Shown: positions 1 through 15,027, counted from the whole stretch's first letter. The stretch: DNA of 63,984 nt, filler included, from Octopus bimaculoides (GCF_001194135.2; 6 parts of 6 records of this genome joined end to end with filler, not necessarily neighbours in it), one strand, 5' to 3'. Translations and numbers: made by a program. Notes: generated by a model not told the origin, from the letters alone.

Positions 1-113
1 CCTACACGCTCATAGAATATACTCAGTTACACCACACGCATATGCGTACGTACATATATACATATACACGCGCATACGAACACATACATGCGTACGCACG
101 CACACACACACAC

Positions 114-170
<57 letters not shown>

Positions 171-1225
171 AAGCCAGCCAGGAATCAATTTTATGCATGA
201 TCACTCAATCTTGGTGTCACTGCAGACTCCCTTAGCTGTTAACAGAAGGAAGACGACCGCCACCTTCCCTTACACCACCACCATCGCCGCCGACGCCACT
301 GGAACATCTCATTGCCGGAGGTGGCAACAGGTAGAAGTGGCAGTGACGCTGGTGGTGTGGTTGGTGGCGGTAGTGGTAGTAGTCGTGGTGTTTGAAATAG
401 TAAGGAGTGAAGTCTACAGGCTCAAAATCTACGTCTCAAATTTCATGACCTCGAAGTACACTGAAAGGTCAGCAGCAGCAGCAGCAATAGTGGTAGTAGT
501 AGTAGTGGTGGTGGTAGTAGTGGTGGTGGTGGTGGTGGTGGTGGTGATAGTAGTGTTGGTGGTGGTATAGTGGTATTGAGAGCAGGAATAATGGTTTCTG
601 ATTCAGGCACAAAACCCGCAGTTTTTGACGGGAAAGAAAACATTGTTCTTNNNNNNNNNNNNNNNNNNNNNNNNNNNNNNNNNNNNNNNNNNNNNNNNNN
701 NNNNNNNNNNNNNNNNNNNNNNNNNNNNNNNNNNNNNNNNNNNNNNNNNNNNNNNNNNNNNNNNNNNNNNNNNNNNNNNNNNNNNNNNNNNNNNNNNNNN
801 NNNNNNNNNNNNNNNNNNNNNNNNNNNNNNNNNNNNNNNNNNNNNNNNNNNNNNNNNNNNNNNNNNNNNNNNNNNNNNNNNNNNNNNNNNNNNNNNNNNN
901 NNNNNNNNNNNNNNNNNNNNNNNNNNNNNNNNNNNNNNNNNNNNNNNNNNNNNNNNNNNNNNNNNNNNNNNNNNNNNNNNNNNNNNNNNNNNNNGTGTGA
1001 GTATGGTTAATGTATCTTTGGCGATCCGAATGCCACATGTGCATTTTCCTGTGGGTCTTCAGCGAAAAACGAGTTTTATTCATTTTATGAGCTTTTGTAC
1101 AAAAAACAAAAAAAGCAAAAAAAGTCAAGAAAACGCGTGAGTAAAATTATATTATTATTAGTAATTGTAGATCTATTTATTATAATTATTTTCTGACAGA
1201 CAGGCAGACAGACAGACAGACAGAC

Positions 1226-1283
<58 letters not shown>

Positions 1284-1888
1284 AGATAGAGAGAGAGAGA
1301 GACAGACAGACAGATAGAGAAATAGACAGACAAACAGACAGATAGATAGATAGATAGATCGATCGATCGATAGATAGATAGATAGATAGATATTTCTCTC
1401 ATACGGTACCTATCGGCCCAGGGCTATAGTAGAAGGCACTTGCCAAGATGCCGAGCAGCAGGGCTGAACACGAAACCATGTGGTCTCCAAGCGAGCTTCT
1501 TAACACCACAGCCCTTCCTTTAGAATGTATCAACAATTTGCACCAAAGACCTCAGCAGGATCCCTAAATGGTTAAGAAATAATGAAAAAAATATATTGAA
1601 ATGAAACAAAATAACTAAAAGCCTGTCTTTGTGTTAAGTAAGAGGGAAGCTGTTTCGTCGTCCCCTATTAATGTCCAATTATGACGCCTAGATGTGCCAG
1701 TTCTATATTGCAAGGGTGTTATATAGGACCCAGTTCACGTTTGTTAGAAATGGTAAAGAAATTGATATGCTTGAGAGCGGTGCTATCACGGCACATAAAC
1801 CCCACGCCGCCAACAATCGCGCAGATACATTCGTGTAAACACGTATACACAAGTGTATGAGGGAGGTGTATGTGAGTGCGTGTGTGCA

Positions 1889-1935
<47 letters not shown>

Positions 1936-1985
1936 ACGCGAGAGAAAATTAGTGAGAACAGAATAAAGGAGGTGGNNNNNNNNNN

Positions 1986-2045
<60 letters not shown>

Positions 2046-3696
2046 ATGTGTGTGAGTCGTGTGTGTGTGTGTATACATATATACATACGTATACGTATAC
2101 ACGTGTATATATTGATACAGATACATAAATACGTGTGAAGAAACACGCAAATATATGTATGTATATATATCAATATATACATCATATATATACATATATA
2201 TATATATATATGTATATATACATCAATAACAACTGCCAAAGCATATCTTTGAGCTAATACAACGTTCATGATCCAAGCTGGACTTGTCCGGTTGTCTATG
2301 TTACGTAGGTGTACTTCCATTGTCTTCAGTCAGAGAATTCCTTCTAAAAAGTTCATTTTCGAATCAGATGTTGCTGAGGGGTCCAGCCAGATCAATTGGA
2401 GACGGTTGCTTCTGGCAGGACCCCATAGGAAGCGTGCTTGAGAATTCTTCCCCCGCGAGTCTCCCAAAAATAAGATGGCGAAGAAGATGATATAAGAAGA
2501 GATATTGCTCTTTGTCTCATGTATACTCTTTGACGTTTGATGGTTACTAGTTGTAGTCGCAGAGATATGTTGTCACATTCCAAGACTATTTAAATCGAAC
2601 GCAGTGCCAGCTTGTTTTCATTTTAGGTAGTGGTGGCCACTATTAGAGTTGATGTAAAATTTGCTGGTGATGGTGGTGTTGGTGGTTGTAGTGGTTGTTT
2701 TGGTGGTGCTCATGAATAAGTTTTCTGGTTTTTAATACCAACAAACCTGATCTCTTTTAGCGTCAAGTCAACCAACCGTCGGTTCAAGTTCTTGTAGAGT
2801 TTAGACATCGTGGATCGTGGGTCTCTAGTGATCTCTAGAATGTCAACAAATTCAAGTGCTTTTAGCATCGTGGAAATGAATTGAATATTCTTTTGTGATC
2901 CATCAAAATCGTAACCAAATACTTTCTATGCCATCGCAAATCTACCATCACATTTTAGAATCAAAAGTTCTATCGTGTTCCAAAATCGTAACCAAATTCT
3001 TTCTATGCCGTTGCATCACAGCATCACAGTTTACAATTCCACTGAGAACTTTCTAGTATGGAATGGTAAAATATTCCTATTTTCTCGATATCTTGTATCA
3101 CTAAACGACAATTAGATCTCATTCTTGTGCTTCCATATCCTGAAGATTTCTTGGCTGTCAGAACCTCAAAGATATCATTGTTATGTTCTTGATGCTGCAT
3201 GCGTTTTAGTAAGCGAAGAGGTCAATATTTCATTCAGATTTCTTCAGGCGTTTATGTTTGTATGTATGTATGTATGTATGTATGTATGTATGTATGTATG
3301 TATGTATGTATGTATGTATGTATGTATGTGTGTGTGTATGTATGTGTAAGTATCTAATCATGCATGCATGCGTGTATGTATATATGTATGTAGAGTAAAC
3401 TTTGGGTAAATAATTTCAGGAACACATTTATATGTGATGTTACGTATATATTACATGAAGAAAAATGTCTTAACAGCTGTTTCGAAAATTCGGCGAATGG
3501 TTGATATTATTGATATTTCAATGTATCCCATGTATATATTGCACACACACACACATACATACAGGGTACGATGGGTAAGTTGTCGCCATTTTATATTTTT
3601 AATTTCACGCATGCGTCTGTAAGAAAACCAGCACCATGATGCAATACACTCTGTCAGAAATTTGGAAACGACATGCTGTACTGCTTGGCATTCGCG

Positions 3697-3737
<41 letters not shown>

Positions 3738-6526
3738 TATATGTACGTATGTATGTGTGTGTGTATGTGTGTATGTGTGTGTGTGTGTGTGTGTATTTAT
3801 ATGTATATATGTATGTATGTGTATACACACACAGATATATGCCTGTACACATGTGCAAAAAGGCTATGATTGTTGTTTTCAACTTATTCCCCCCCCCCAA
3901 TCTATAACAACCAATAAACTGGTTTATAATAGAGATGTATTAATAGGGGTTAAAATGGAGGCGGTGTGAGGCAGTATCCCTGTCCTTCGTATACCCGTGG
4001 ACTTGATAGTATCCTTAATCATATATATAAAAAAAAACCACGACTAGTCGCCTTTGTTTGACCTAGAAATTATCTACGGCAAATATAATTTTATAAGATA
4101 AAACACGTCTAAAGACATAAATAAATTAAATAGTAGCGGTCGTTATAATATTGTATAGTATTGTTGTTTTAAAACTAATATTAACGATAATTAGAAATAA
4201 CTGTTTCGTATTAGCTTCAAAGTAACATTAACGCCATCGCCATTACGGTTTATATTTGAACTCGGAGTAATAAAATATAAAGGCATAATTATCTTATTTA
4301 TTACTGTCGTATCATTATTATTTTTTTAAATTTCATGTTTTATTAAAAAAATATAAAACACGTTCATAACTGCCAAATTATCCAAGTTGTGCATATTTTA
4401 AATGAATTATCTTAAACATAAAATTGTTTTCTCTTTAAAAAAAAAAATCTAATTAGGAACAGACGAAATTTGAAATGACGGGTTTAAAAGCAAGGGAAAC
4501 ATTTCCTCCTAAAAAAAAATGCAATTATTTCTGCGCATGCGTAAAAGATAATAAGGTATTTGTCTTGAAAATGTTAAATTAAAAACAGAATTAGTCTTGA
4601 GAAACGTTAATTAAAACAGAATCGCTCAAATTATATTAGTTACATAATATTGGCTCCAAATTTTGGTTCAAGGCCAGCAATTTCGATGAAAGTAAGATGT
4701 CGGTCACATCGACACCAGTATTCAACTGGTATTTATTTTATCCAAAGTCGACCTCGGCAGAATTTGAACTCAGAATGTAAAGACAGACAGAAAACCTCTA
4801 AGCATTCTACTCGGCGTGCTAACGAGTCTGCCAGCTTGCAGCCTTGTTCTTACAACTAATTAACTAATTAATAATAATATAAAGTAATTAATAACATATT
4901 AACTAATTAATAACTCATACTACTACATTCGATATTCATTTCAAATTTTGGCACGAGGCCAGCGATTTTGGAGGAGGGGCTGAGTCGATTAAATTGACCC
5001 CAGTGTTTAACTGGTACTTATTTTATCGACCTGTAAAGGAAGAAACGAAGTACCATGTCCCTACAAACCTTTAATGTTTACATATCAGTTCCAGGAATCC
5101 GACTAATATGTAAATTGGTATATCCAATAACTTAACACTGCTGTGTACGGTGGCTATATAAGCAAAGTGTTCGGAGACAGAAGTGGATTAGATGAGTACT
5201 GATGAGAGGGCAATAACCCCCGAAATATGGCATGTACACCCATTACCGAATTTTGTCTTCGATCTCAGTACTTGTTTACATGTGATGTCTCGATACGAAA
5301 CGTTGTAGCAAAAATCAGTGCTGGCTCTAAGTTCTATAGGATATCTGTAGAAACAATCTTGAAAATAACTTACCGGAATGTCAGTCGATTAGAATTTTAC
5401 CTCAACACAGGGATTTCCTGCAGCAATAATCTGGTAGCACATTCAAAAAAAATTTTTTTAAAGGAAACCAGCAGTGTTTCGTTACAAGTCTTGGAGGATT
5501 TATAAATATCGGAGTATAATTTCCTCCTGACCCCAAATGAAAGTTTTAGAATAAAATTTAAGCGTCCCTTTGCATAATGAACAGTTTTTTCGGGATTATG
5601 AAGTGGAATGAGAGTGTGAATGAAGACTATGATATTGATTTAACGATATTGATATTGATATTGATATTGATATTGATATTGATATGATATTGATTTAACG
5701 ATGGTACATGTAGCATCATCTGATCACAGGTTCTAATCATCGATGAAAAGCATTCAGTAAAATTCGAACTATGAAACTCAATTTCCCATCAGGAATATAT
5801 ACATCTAGGTCAGGCGTATGCCATCTGCAATGTAGACGCCGTGAAATGGTGAATGTTTGTGCGTACGTAATGTATGTACTCACACACACATGCAAAAAAT
5901 ATACATAAAACGAACATATACACACAAACATATGTGTGCGCGTGCGGATGTGTGCATATATCCGCATATATACACACATACATACATACATGTATATATC
6001 TTTATAAGTTTGAATATACGTATGAAAGAAATTAAATGGATATACATAATATGAAAATATATACATACAAATATGCTTATATATATATGTACATACATGG
6101 GTATATATATATATATATATATATATNNNNNNNNNNNNNNNNNNNNNNNNNNNNNNNNNNNNNNNNNNNNNNNNNNNNNNNNNNNNNNNNNNNNNNNNNN
6201 NNNNNNNNNNNNNNNNNNNNNNNNNNNNNNNNNNNNNNNNNNNNNNNNNNNNNNNNNNNNNNNNNNNNNNNNNNNNNNNNNNNNNNNNNNNNNNNNNNNN
6301 NNNNNNNNNNNNNNNNNNNNNNNNNNNNNNNNNNNNNNNNNNNNNNNNNNNNNNNNNNNNNNNNNNNNNNNNNNNNNNNNNNNNNNNNNNNNNNNNNNNN
6401 NNNNNNNNNNNNNNNNNNNNNNNNNNNNNNNNNNNNNNNNNNNNNNNNNNNNNNNNNNNNNNNNNNNNNNNNNNNNNNNNNNNNNNNNNNNNNNNNNNNN
6501 NNNNNNNNNNNNNNNNNNNNNNNNNN

Positions 6527-6589
<63 letters not shown>

Positions 6590-7456
6590 CAAGTGGGTGG
6601 CTGGTAGAAATTCCTGTGTAAAATTATGAGTGACAATCGTAAGGAAAACCTAACCCCAAAACGGGGGAAAGGATTAAAGTTTCTGACAACGGACATAAAT
6701 GTCAACATTGGCAGAACGTGTGAAGACAACAACGGGTCATATTCTTCAACCGTTTACAATTACAGCACTCTCTGTAAGCTTATAACTCACGGCGATGTTT
6801 CTACATTATTTTATGTTAAACATAACATTGCTAGCTCACGTGGTACAGGGTGGTGGTTTAATGGTTAACCGCAGAAAGTTTCTTTGATTGTAGTTTCAAA
6901 TACTGGACTTGTTTGTTTGTTGTTTTGATTTGTGCGAACGATGTTTCTTATGAGATTTGATCCAAATGACAGTGCTCCATATAGACACAGACACAAATAC
7001 ACCCTCGGGTGCATACATACAAGCAAACATATATCATCAATATCATGTGTTTTGGAATCCTTTCGCTACCACGGTGTCGCAAGAAGGCACTTTTTAGCTC
7101 TTGGTTAGCGCAACAGATTTCTGTCAGAAAGAGAGAGAGAGAGAGGAATCGGTTCCAGTGTCAGACTGATATTTTGTTTAACGACCAAGAAAGAATAAAA
7201 GGCAAAATAGACCTCGATGAGATTTGAACGTAGAAAGCAGACGTCTGGAACGATTGTTGCCAAGTAAACCTGTACGACGTTCTATTGACTTCGCCAGTTC
7301 GCTGCCCGGTTGTACGTGTGTATGTCTATGTATGTATATAAGTCGAGCTAGCAGAATTATTAACACGCCGAACAAAATGCTCTGCAGCATTTCATCCGGC
7401 TCTTTACATTCTAACTTCATATCCTTATATCCTTATAACTTCATATCCTTATACAC

Positions 7457-7491
<35 letters not shown>

Positions 7492-7874
7492 NNNNNNNNN
7501 NNNNNNNNNNNNNNNNNNNNNNNNNNNNNNNNNNNNNNNNNNNNNNNNNNNNNNNNNNNNNNNNNNNNNNNNNNNNNNNNNNNNNNNNNNNNNNNNNNNN
7601 NNNNNNNNNNNNNNNNNNNNNNNNNNNNNNNNNNNNNNNNNNNNNNNNNNNNNNNNNNNNNNNNNNNNNNNNNNNNNNNNNNNNNNNNNNNNNNNNNNNN
7701 NNNNNNNNNNNNNNNNNNNNNNNNNNNNNNNNNNNNNNNNNNNNNNNNNNNNNNNNNNNNNNNNNNNNNNNNNNNNNNNNNNNNNNNNNNNNNNNNNNNN
7801 NNNNNNNNNNNNNNNNNNNNNNNNNNNNNNNNNNNNNNNNNNNNNNNNNNNNNNNNNNNTTATACATGTATATA

Positions 7875-7931
<57 letters not shown>

Positions 7932-9167
7932 GTATATATACACATACATATACATATATATATATATATATATATACACATACACACGCACGCACACACA
8001 CACATATCTTTCCATATATATACGTGTGTGTATGTCTGTGTGCTTGCCATTGTGTGCGTGCGTTGACGTATGTGCGTGAGTATATGGCTGTTTGTGTGCG
8101 TATGAATGTGTTGTGCTGAATCATGGAGCGAGAAACATTTACATTTATTAGAACTCGAATTAGAGGAATGAACTAATTACTAAAATTAATAAAATGTGAG
8201 TCTCAGTTACGTTGAAATTAGTCGAAAGAGTTCACTGACGTATGCTGATAGTTTAGTATTTTCATTTGTAAACAGCTGCTACTCATTGGAGGTGAATGAG
8301 TTAAAGAAATATTTTTATTCAGCTTCAACGCTCACCCCTTCTAACTTTACTCTTTCGCTACTATGATGGCCCCTTCGGAAATGATTGGGCTTAAGCCATT
8401 TATATCCAGGACCCTCTGACCCACTCGTCTCTCGGTTTCTTATTTTCCCGATCCTTTATTTGAAACAGCTGCTCTACAGAATCGCTCGTAATATTAGAAA
8501 TCGGGATCAAATCTCCTTCGGGTCAGGCTCCACCATCATGCTTGGTACTTTTGTGATTATGTATTCCTAATTTTTTAAAAATTATCTCCCTTTGCTCCTT
8601 GAGAGTCGCTAATAATTATCACTTGCTTTTGTTTTATGCCTTCCTTTTATTTCTTCAAATAAGAGGCAAATTTTAATCAATTTATTTTAATTAATGTCAT
8701 TACGTCACTCTGTACATCATCATCTAACAATTTGGTTAAATGCTGCCTGTATAATATCCCTGCACAAATACACACACACACACACACACACAAATCACAA
8801 GCCCGGAGGTAAGTGGTTAGGTAAATGTATTCATCTCCCATACCACTCTGGGAGATGAATATGCATGTATACATACATGCATACATACATACTCCCCAAC
8901 CACCTTGGGCAATTGTCTTCTAATGTAGAATAAATCCTGGGGTCGATTTCTTCGACTGGAACCCTTTAAGGCGGTGCTCCAGCATGGCCGCAGTCAAAAT
9001 GACTGAAACAAGTAAATGAGTAAAAGAGTAAAAGAATATATNNNNNNNNNNNNNNNNNNNNNNNNNNNNNNNNNNNNNNNNNNNNNNNNNNNNNNNNNNN
9101 NNNNNNNNNNNNNNNNNNNNNNNNNNNNNNNNNNNNNNNNNNNNNNNNNNNNNNNNNNNNNNNNNNN

Positions 9168-9222
<55 letters not shown>

Positions 9223-9805
9223 GAATGCATATATATTGTATACGCACACACACACACGCACACCCACATACACACACATGCACACGAACGCGCGCGCGCA
9301 CACACGCACACACACACACACACACATATCCATCCATTATCGCCATTATCAGTCGGTTCTCAGTTGACAGGTGTGTTATCAAGTCGTTACATCTACGCAG
9401 GGTGGGGTAGATTTGTCAAGGGTATTAAGGGGTTTGTAACGATATAATAATCCCTCTACAAGTTAACATTAGATTTCAGATGTTCCTTCAAGACAACTGA
9501 ATCAGCATCCCATTTCTCTATCTCGGCTTCAGCCTCTCCAGCAGAGTTTACACAAGATGGCACCACGGGGCTACAGCTCTGTCTATAGTTTTCATTTGTC
9601 TCCAGCCTTATCTCTCTCTCTCTCTCTTGCTCACTCCTTCTCTCTCTTTCTCTCTCTCACTTTCTCTTTCTCTCTCTTTGTATGTATACATGTGTGCGTG
9701 CGCAAGTGCGTGTGTGTGTGTGTGCGTGTGTTCTGTGTTGGTTTTGGTTGTCTTAATTCTTCCTTTTATGCTCTATGTCTCTCGGTTTCGTTCTCTTGCT
9801 CATTT

Positions 9806-9857
<52 letters not shown>

Positions 9858-12044
9858 ATCTGTCTGTTTGTCTGTTTGTCACGATTACTTTTTTATTCAA
9901 ATTTTTAAAATTCATATTTCATTAAATTCTTATTTTCCAATTTATAAAATGCATCATTTTTAATAGCGTATTTAAATTTAAAGTAAACTTTAGACTTTTA
10001 GGGGCATTATTTAAGTCACAAAGACACATAGATAAATGTATAAATACATACACATACGCACACAACACACACACACATATACTCGCGCGCGTGCGCATAA
10101 TCACACACCTACCACTAAATCTTCCGTCCGAAACACAACCAAATCGCCATATTGTTTCCCCATTTTCCTTCTCTTTTGCTCTTCTCAGAAGTTCTTCCAT
10201 TCAACTGACCAAACGAGCTACGAACCTCGTATTCTTAACGTCCATCTGACGCACCCTATATTTCTCCTGAACTCCTTTGTGTCCTCCACACCTGATGGGG
10301 TGGATGTTGTGATATAAAGCGCGTAGCTAAGTGATTAGGGTGTTCGGCTAGCTATTGTAAAGTCGTGAGTTCAATTCCCAGCGGCGATTCGTGTTCTTGG
10401 GTAAGACCTTTTATTTCAAGTTGCACCAGTCTACTAAGCCGGCAAAATGAGTTGTAACTGTCATACAATGGGCCAGCCTTGTCACATTTTGTGTCACGCT
10501 GAAACTCCTTGAGAACCATGTTAAAGCTACGCGTGTCTGTGGATTCATATTTAACGTATGTAGAAATATTTATAGCATGGAATAATGCATGTAATGATGT
10601 CGTTGCGAAGGAATTGGTGCAATTAGCATCTCATTAACGTAATCTGGTAATCAACGTGATATAAACGATAAATCAACTTATCGTTTATATCACTGCCGTT
10701 TCCTCTACTTGAACCATAAACCCTGAAACAAAATGACCTAGATTACTGAAGTACCTCATCTCCTACTAGCCTTCTAGACTTCAGATATATTTATAAAGCG
10801 AATAAGAAAAGAAATACACACCTACATACATACATACATACACATACACACAATATATATATATATATATATGTGTGCATGTATGAATATATATGTATGT
10901 ATATATATATGTATATTTCGTTTTTGGATTTGGTTTGCAAGATTTCTTATGTGATTTCGTGTGTTGAAGCATATTCTGTTGTGGCTGGGGAGAGTAATTT
11001 TTTTTTTTGTGCCTAAGAAATATGTGGAAATTTTAACGGTGAGTGTGTTAAATTTTAAGGCACAATAAGAAAATGACTCCCCAGACACAGTAGAATATAT
11101 GTGTGTTTGTATGCATATAAACTAACTTGGGATAGTGACAGACCCACCCACCTTGTCTTGTATTACTGATGGCTCTTACATATACATATGTATGAATGTA
11201 TCTTGATATATATATATNNNNNNNNNNNNNNNNNNNNNNNNNNNNNNNNNNNNNNNNNNNNNNNNNNNNNNNNNNNNNNNNNNNNNNNNNNNNNNNNNNN
11301 NNNNNNNNNNNNNNNNNNNNNNNNNNNNNNNNNNNNNNNNNNNNNNNNNNNNNNNNNNNNNNNNNNNNNNNNNNNNNNNNNNNNNNNNNNNNNNNNNNNN
11401 NNNNNNNNNNNNNNNNNNNNNNNNNNNNNNNNNNNNNNNNNNNNNNNNNNNNNNNNNNNNNNNNNATATATATATATATATATATATACATGCATGTTTC
11501 TTCAGTTATTACTTTACCTTCCAGCATTTATAAGGCAATTTGATTCGATTCCTTTAAGATCTAAACCAGCTTCATTGTTATACAACTACTTCTAACCGTT
11601 TAACAAATCTCCTTCACATTCACATTGCAGATTTAACTTTGTGGACCTGTAAATTTTAAAAGTGCTCCGGAACTCCTTTATCTTTTTCTACATGTCCTCT
11701 GTGCTTTCAGCGAACATTAATTCTTCTTATCTTCTCTCTTGCAAGGTTACAATTATTCCTTTTTTCCATTGATCGAATCACTAAGGAACTAGCAAATCTC
11801 ACTCCCTACAAAATTAAAACAAACAAAAAGACACTTGATCCCGGAAGCCCGGTTAAATAACTTCCGAGCAGGGGCGTTGTCAAGAAGCCACAACGAGATC
11901 AACTTTGCCTTTCATCTTTATTCGATCGTTAAAATAAAGTATCAGTTTACTGGGTGCGATAATATCGATTAAAACCCTCCCCTCAAAATTGCTCGCCTTG
12001 TGTCTAAATTTCAAGCAATTATTGGAGAGGAATCTCTAAACAAA

Positions 12045-12174
<130 letters not shown>

Positions 12175-12607
12175 CTATATAATTATATCATGAGAGATAA
12201 GGCGAAAACGACCTGTCTCCAGTATGCTTGAAGTGCTGATACCCTCAAAAAACTACTAAAAGCTCCAGCTAAATATGCACATGACCGAAAACGGGTTAGG
12301 GACAGAAAATTAAAAAGACCCCACATGAATTGTGAATTGGTTCCAATTTCTGAATAATATAACAGAAAAGCCGCCAACAACTGATGAAGGGTCGTTTTTT
12401 CGTGTTACTTGTGTTGTTTTCCGTTTGTTTCTTTCATTGTTCGCAGCAAAAGTTCGTATTCCGTGTTGTCTTATTTCGTATTTCATGTTGTTTTCCTATT
12501 TTATGTTTATCTTATGTTGTTTACGTCCCGTGGCGTCCTGTGCCCATATATGTATGTACATATATATGTGTATGTATGCATGTATATTTATATATTATAT
12601 ATTATGC

Positions 12608-12641
<34 letters not shown>

Positions 12642-13283
12642 NNNNNNNNNNNNNNNNNNNNNNNNNNNNNNNNNNNNNNNNNNNNNNNNNNNNNNNNNNN
12701 NNNNNNNNNNNNNNNNNNNNNNNNNNNNNNNNNNNNNNNNNNNNNNNNNNNNNNNNNNNNNNNNNNNNNNNNNNNNNNNNNNNNNNNNNNNNNNNNNNNN
12801 NNNNNNNNNNNNNNNNNNNNNNNNNNNNNNNNNNNNNNNNNNNNNNNNNNNNNNNNNNNNNNNNNNNNNNNNNNNNNNNNNNNNNNNNNNNNNNNNNNNN
12901 NNNNNNNNNNNNNNNNNNNNNNNNNNNNNNNNNNNNNNNNNNNNNNNNNNNNNNNNNNNNNNNNNNNNNNNNNNNNNNNNNNNNNNNNNNNNNNNNNNNN
13001 NNNNNNNNNNNNNNNNNNNNNNNNNNNNNNNNNNNNNNNNNNNNNNNNNNNNNNNNNNNNNNNNNNNNNNNNNNNNNNNNNNNNNNNNNNNNNNNNNNNN
13101 NNNNNNNNNNNNNNNNNNNNNNNNNNNNNNNNNNNNNNNNNNNNNNNNNNNNNNNNNNNNNNNNNNNNNNNNNNNNNNNNNNNNNNNNNNNNNNNNNNNN
13201 NNNNNNNNNNNNNNNNNNNNNNNNNNNNNNNNNNNNNNNNNNNNNNNNNNNNNNNNNNNNNNNACACACACACACATGTATGA

Positions 13284-13337
<54 letters not shown>

Positions 13338-13635
13338 CATATATGGAAGCGCGTTAGATCAGAAACGAAGTGATTGAAGAACCAGTCAGAAAAAATATCT
13401 CTGGAGTAAACCACGCATTCTTTGAGCTGGGGTATAGAAGGGGTAATTGATACATAATATCTCTAAGGATATATTTTTTTATATTTCCCTATCACTATGG
13501 ACTTCCGGTAATGAAAGCTATCAACATTTTCGTAAAAGGATAAAAAGCAACAATTCGCTCCTTATTTGACTTGCCACCAAGGGGACTGTGTTCATGTTTG
13601 TGGGGCTTCATGTTTACAGGAACAGAACGGTGTTA

Positions 13636-13942
13636 AAACTGGCACTCCGTCGGTTGCGACAACGAGGGTCCCAGTTGATCCGATCAACCGAACAACCTGC
13701 TCGTGAAATCAACGTGCAAGCGACTGAGCACTCTACAGACACGAAGCTGGCCCTTAACGTGATCAGAATGTGGCAAGGCCGGCCCCTTTTGAATCACAGA
13801 TACCACACATTTTTGCCAGCTGAGTGAACTGGAGCAGCCTGAAATAAAATGTCTTGCTCAAGAACAAAACGCATCGCCCGGTCCTGCAATCGAAACCACG
13901 ATCTTGTGATTGTGAGGGCAACACGCTTAAACACTAGGCGAC
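13636..13942 (-). mobile_element. tRNA-derived SINE family C (CORE-like centre)
   Basis: tRNA head, then TTCTTGAGCAAGACATTTTATTTCA..CCAGTTCACTCAGCTG, then tail GGCC(A/G)GCCTTG(T/C)CACATT. Other copies at ~10318-10545(+), 46940-47088(-) and 47402-47705(-). Confidence 0.85.
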
Positions 13943-14770
13943 GTATATACAATTTCGTTTATATTATTATTTTGCGCAATTCACGTGTTTTCTACAACCT
14001 GCTGTATAGCGATATCTTGAACAAATCCGTTGCAATTTCGTCTCTGATTTGCCTATATCAGCAACAATTTCTGTTTTAAGTCGTAAATTTCACCAACACG
14101 TGTTACTGAGAAGTCTTGTTCTAATTTATTAATTACTCCTAATTTCTGTGTCACATTTAAAAGTTCACACGCTTTTTATTTACGTCCTCTGTCACTCTAC
14201 TCCACGTTGGAACTGCAAGGATTGCCAATTCTTAGAAAAAGAAATAGCTAGAAATAAATGAAACAAAATAATAATTTACATGTCACAGAAATACTTTGTA
14301 CACAACCTGAGAATGTTATATTCCTTGGTGAACTGCGACCAAAAGTGAGTTATTTTATATAAGAAAAAAGCAATAGGACATGCGCACGGGTCCGTCTGTA
14401 TAGACACATGCACAAATATTCATACATACACACATTCAGCTACACATTCAGTTATACATATACACATACGCACACAAACGTACAGGTATATACAAACATA
14501 AGTATTCATACAAGCAGGCATACACATGCATACACTCACTGACATTCATACGTATACTTACTTATATGTATGTGTGTGTATGCGTGTGTGTGAATGTGTA
14601 TGTGTACACACGCACAAACACACACCCACACACACCCACACATTTATACATATAGATATATAAAAGAACAAGTGGGGTTTAAAATTTACAACAGCTGTTT
14701 CGGTAGAATCAGCCCCATTTTTGTTTCATTTATACCCACGCCGCACGAAGGGCCAACCCTGAGTCAGATT

Positions 14771-15027
14771 TTCCGTTGCGTTGTTGCCTTTATTGAACTC
14801 ATAAAGCAAAATATGCCGAATATGCTCCTTTGTCATTTCCATTATAGCTTTAAAGAAATAACTGATAACATCGAACTGCACTCCTCAAAGCTTGCACTAA
14901 GAATAAGGACAAGGTAAAATTACTACCTGCTTTATAGCAAGTTGATGCAGGTAATTTATACCGTCTCCCTCCGACTTTTAGTTCAGGCAAATGAAAAAGC
15001 CCGCATTATTTATGGGATAACCCAATA
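14771..15027 (-). mobile_element. 5' half of the same mariner family as 30652-31152
   Basis: Aligns to 30897-31152, including one TIR. Confidence 0.85.

Noticed and set aside
2300-2580. GC-balanced unique segment as a terminal exon
   Set aside because: Several partly open frames on both strands, no convincing splice sites and no recognised motif.
8400-8556. Minus-strand frame with an in-frame TGA (DGGA*PEGDLIP) as a possible selenoprotein exon
   Set aside because: No recognised Sec motif or SECIS, and another frame or internal acceptors explain it equally well.
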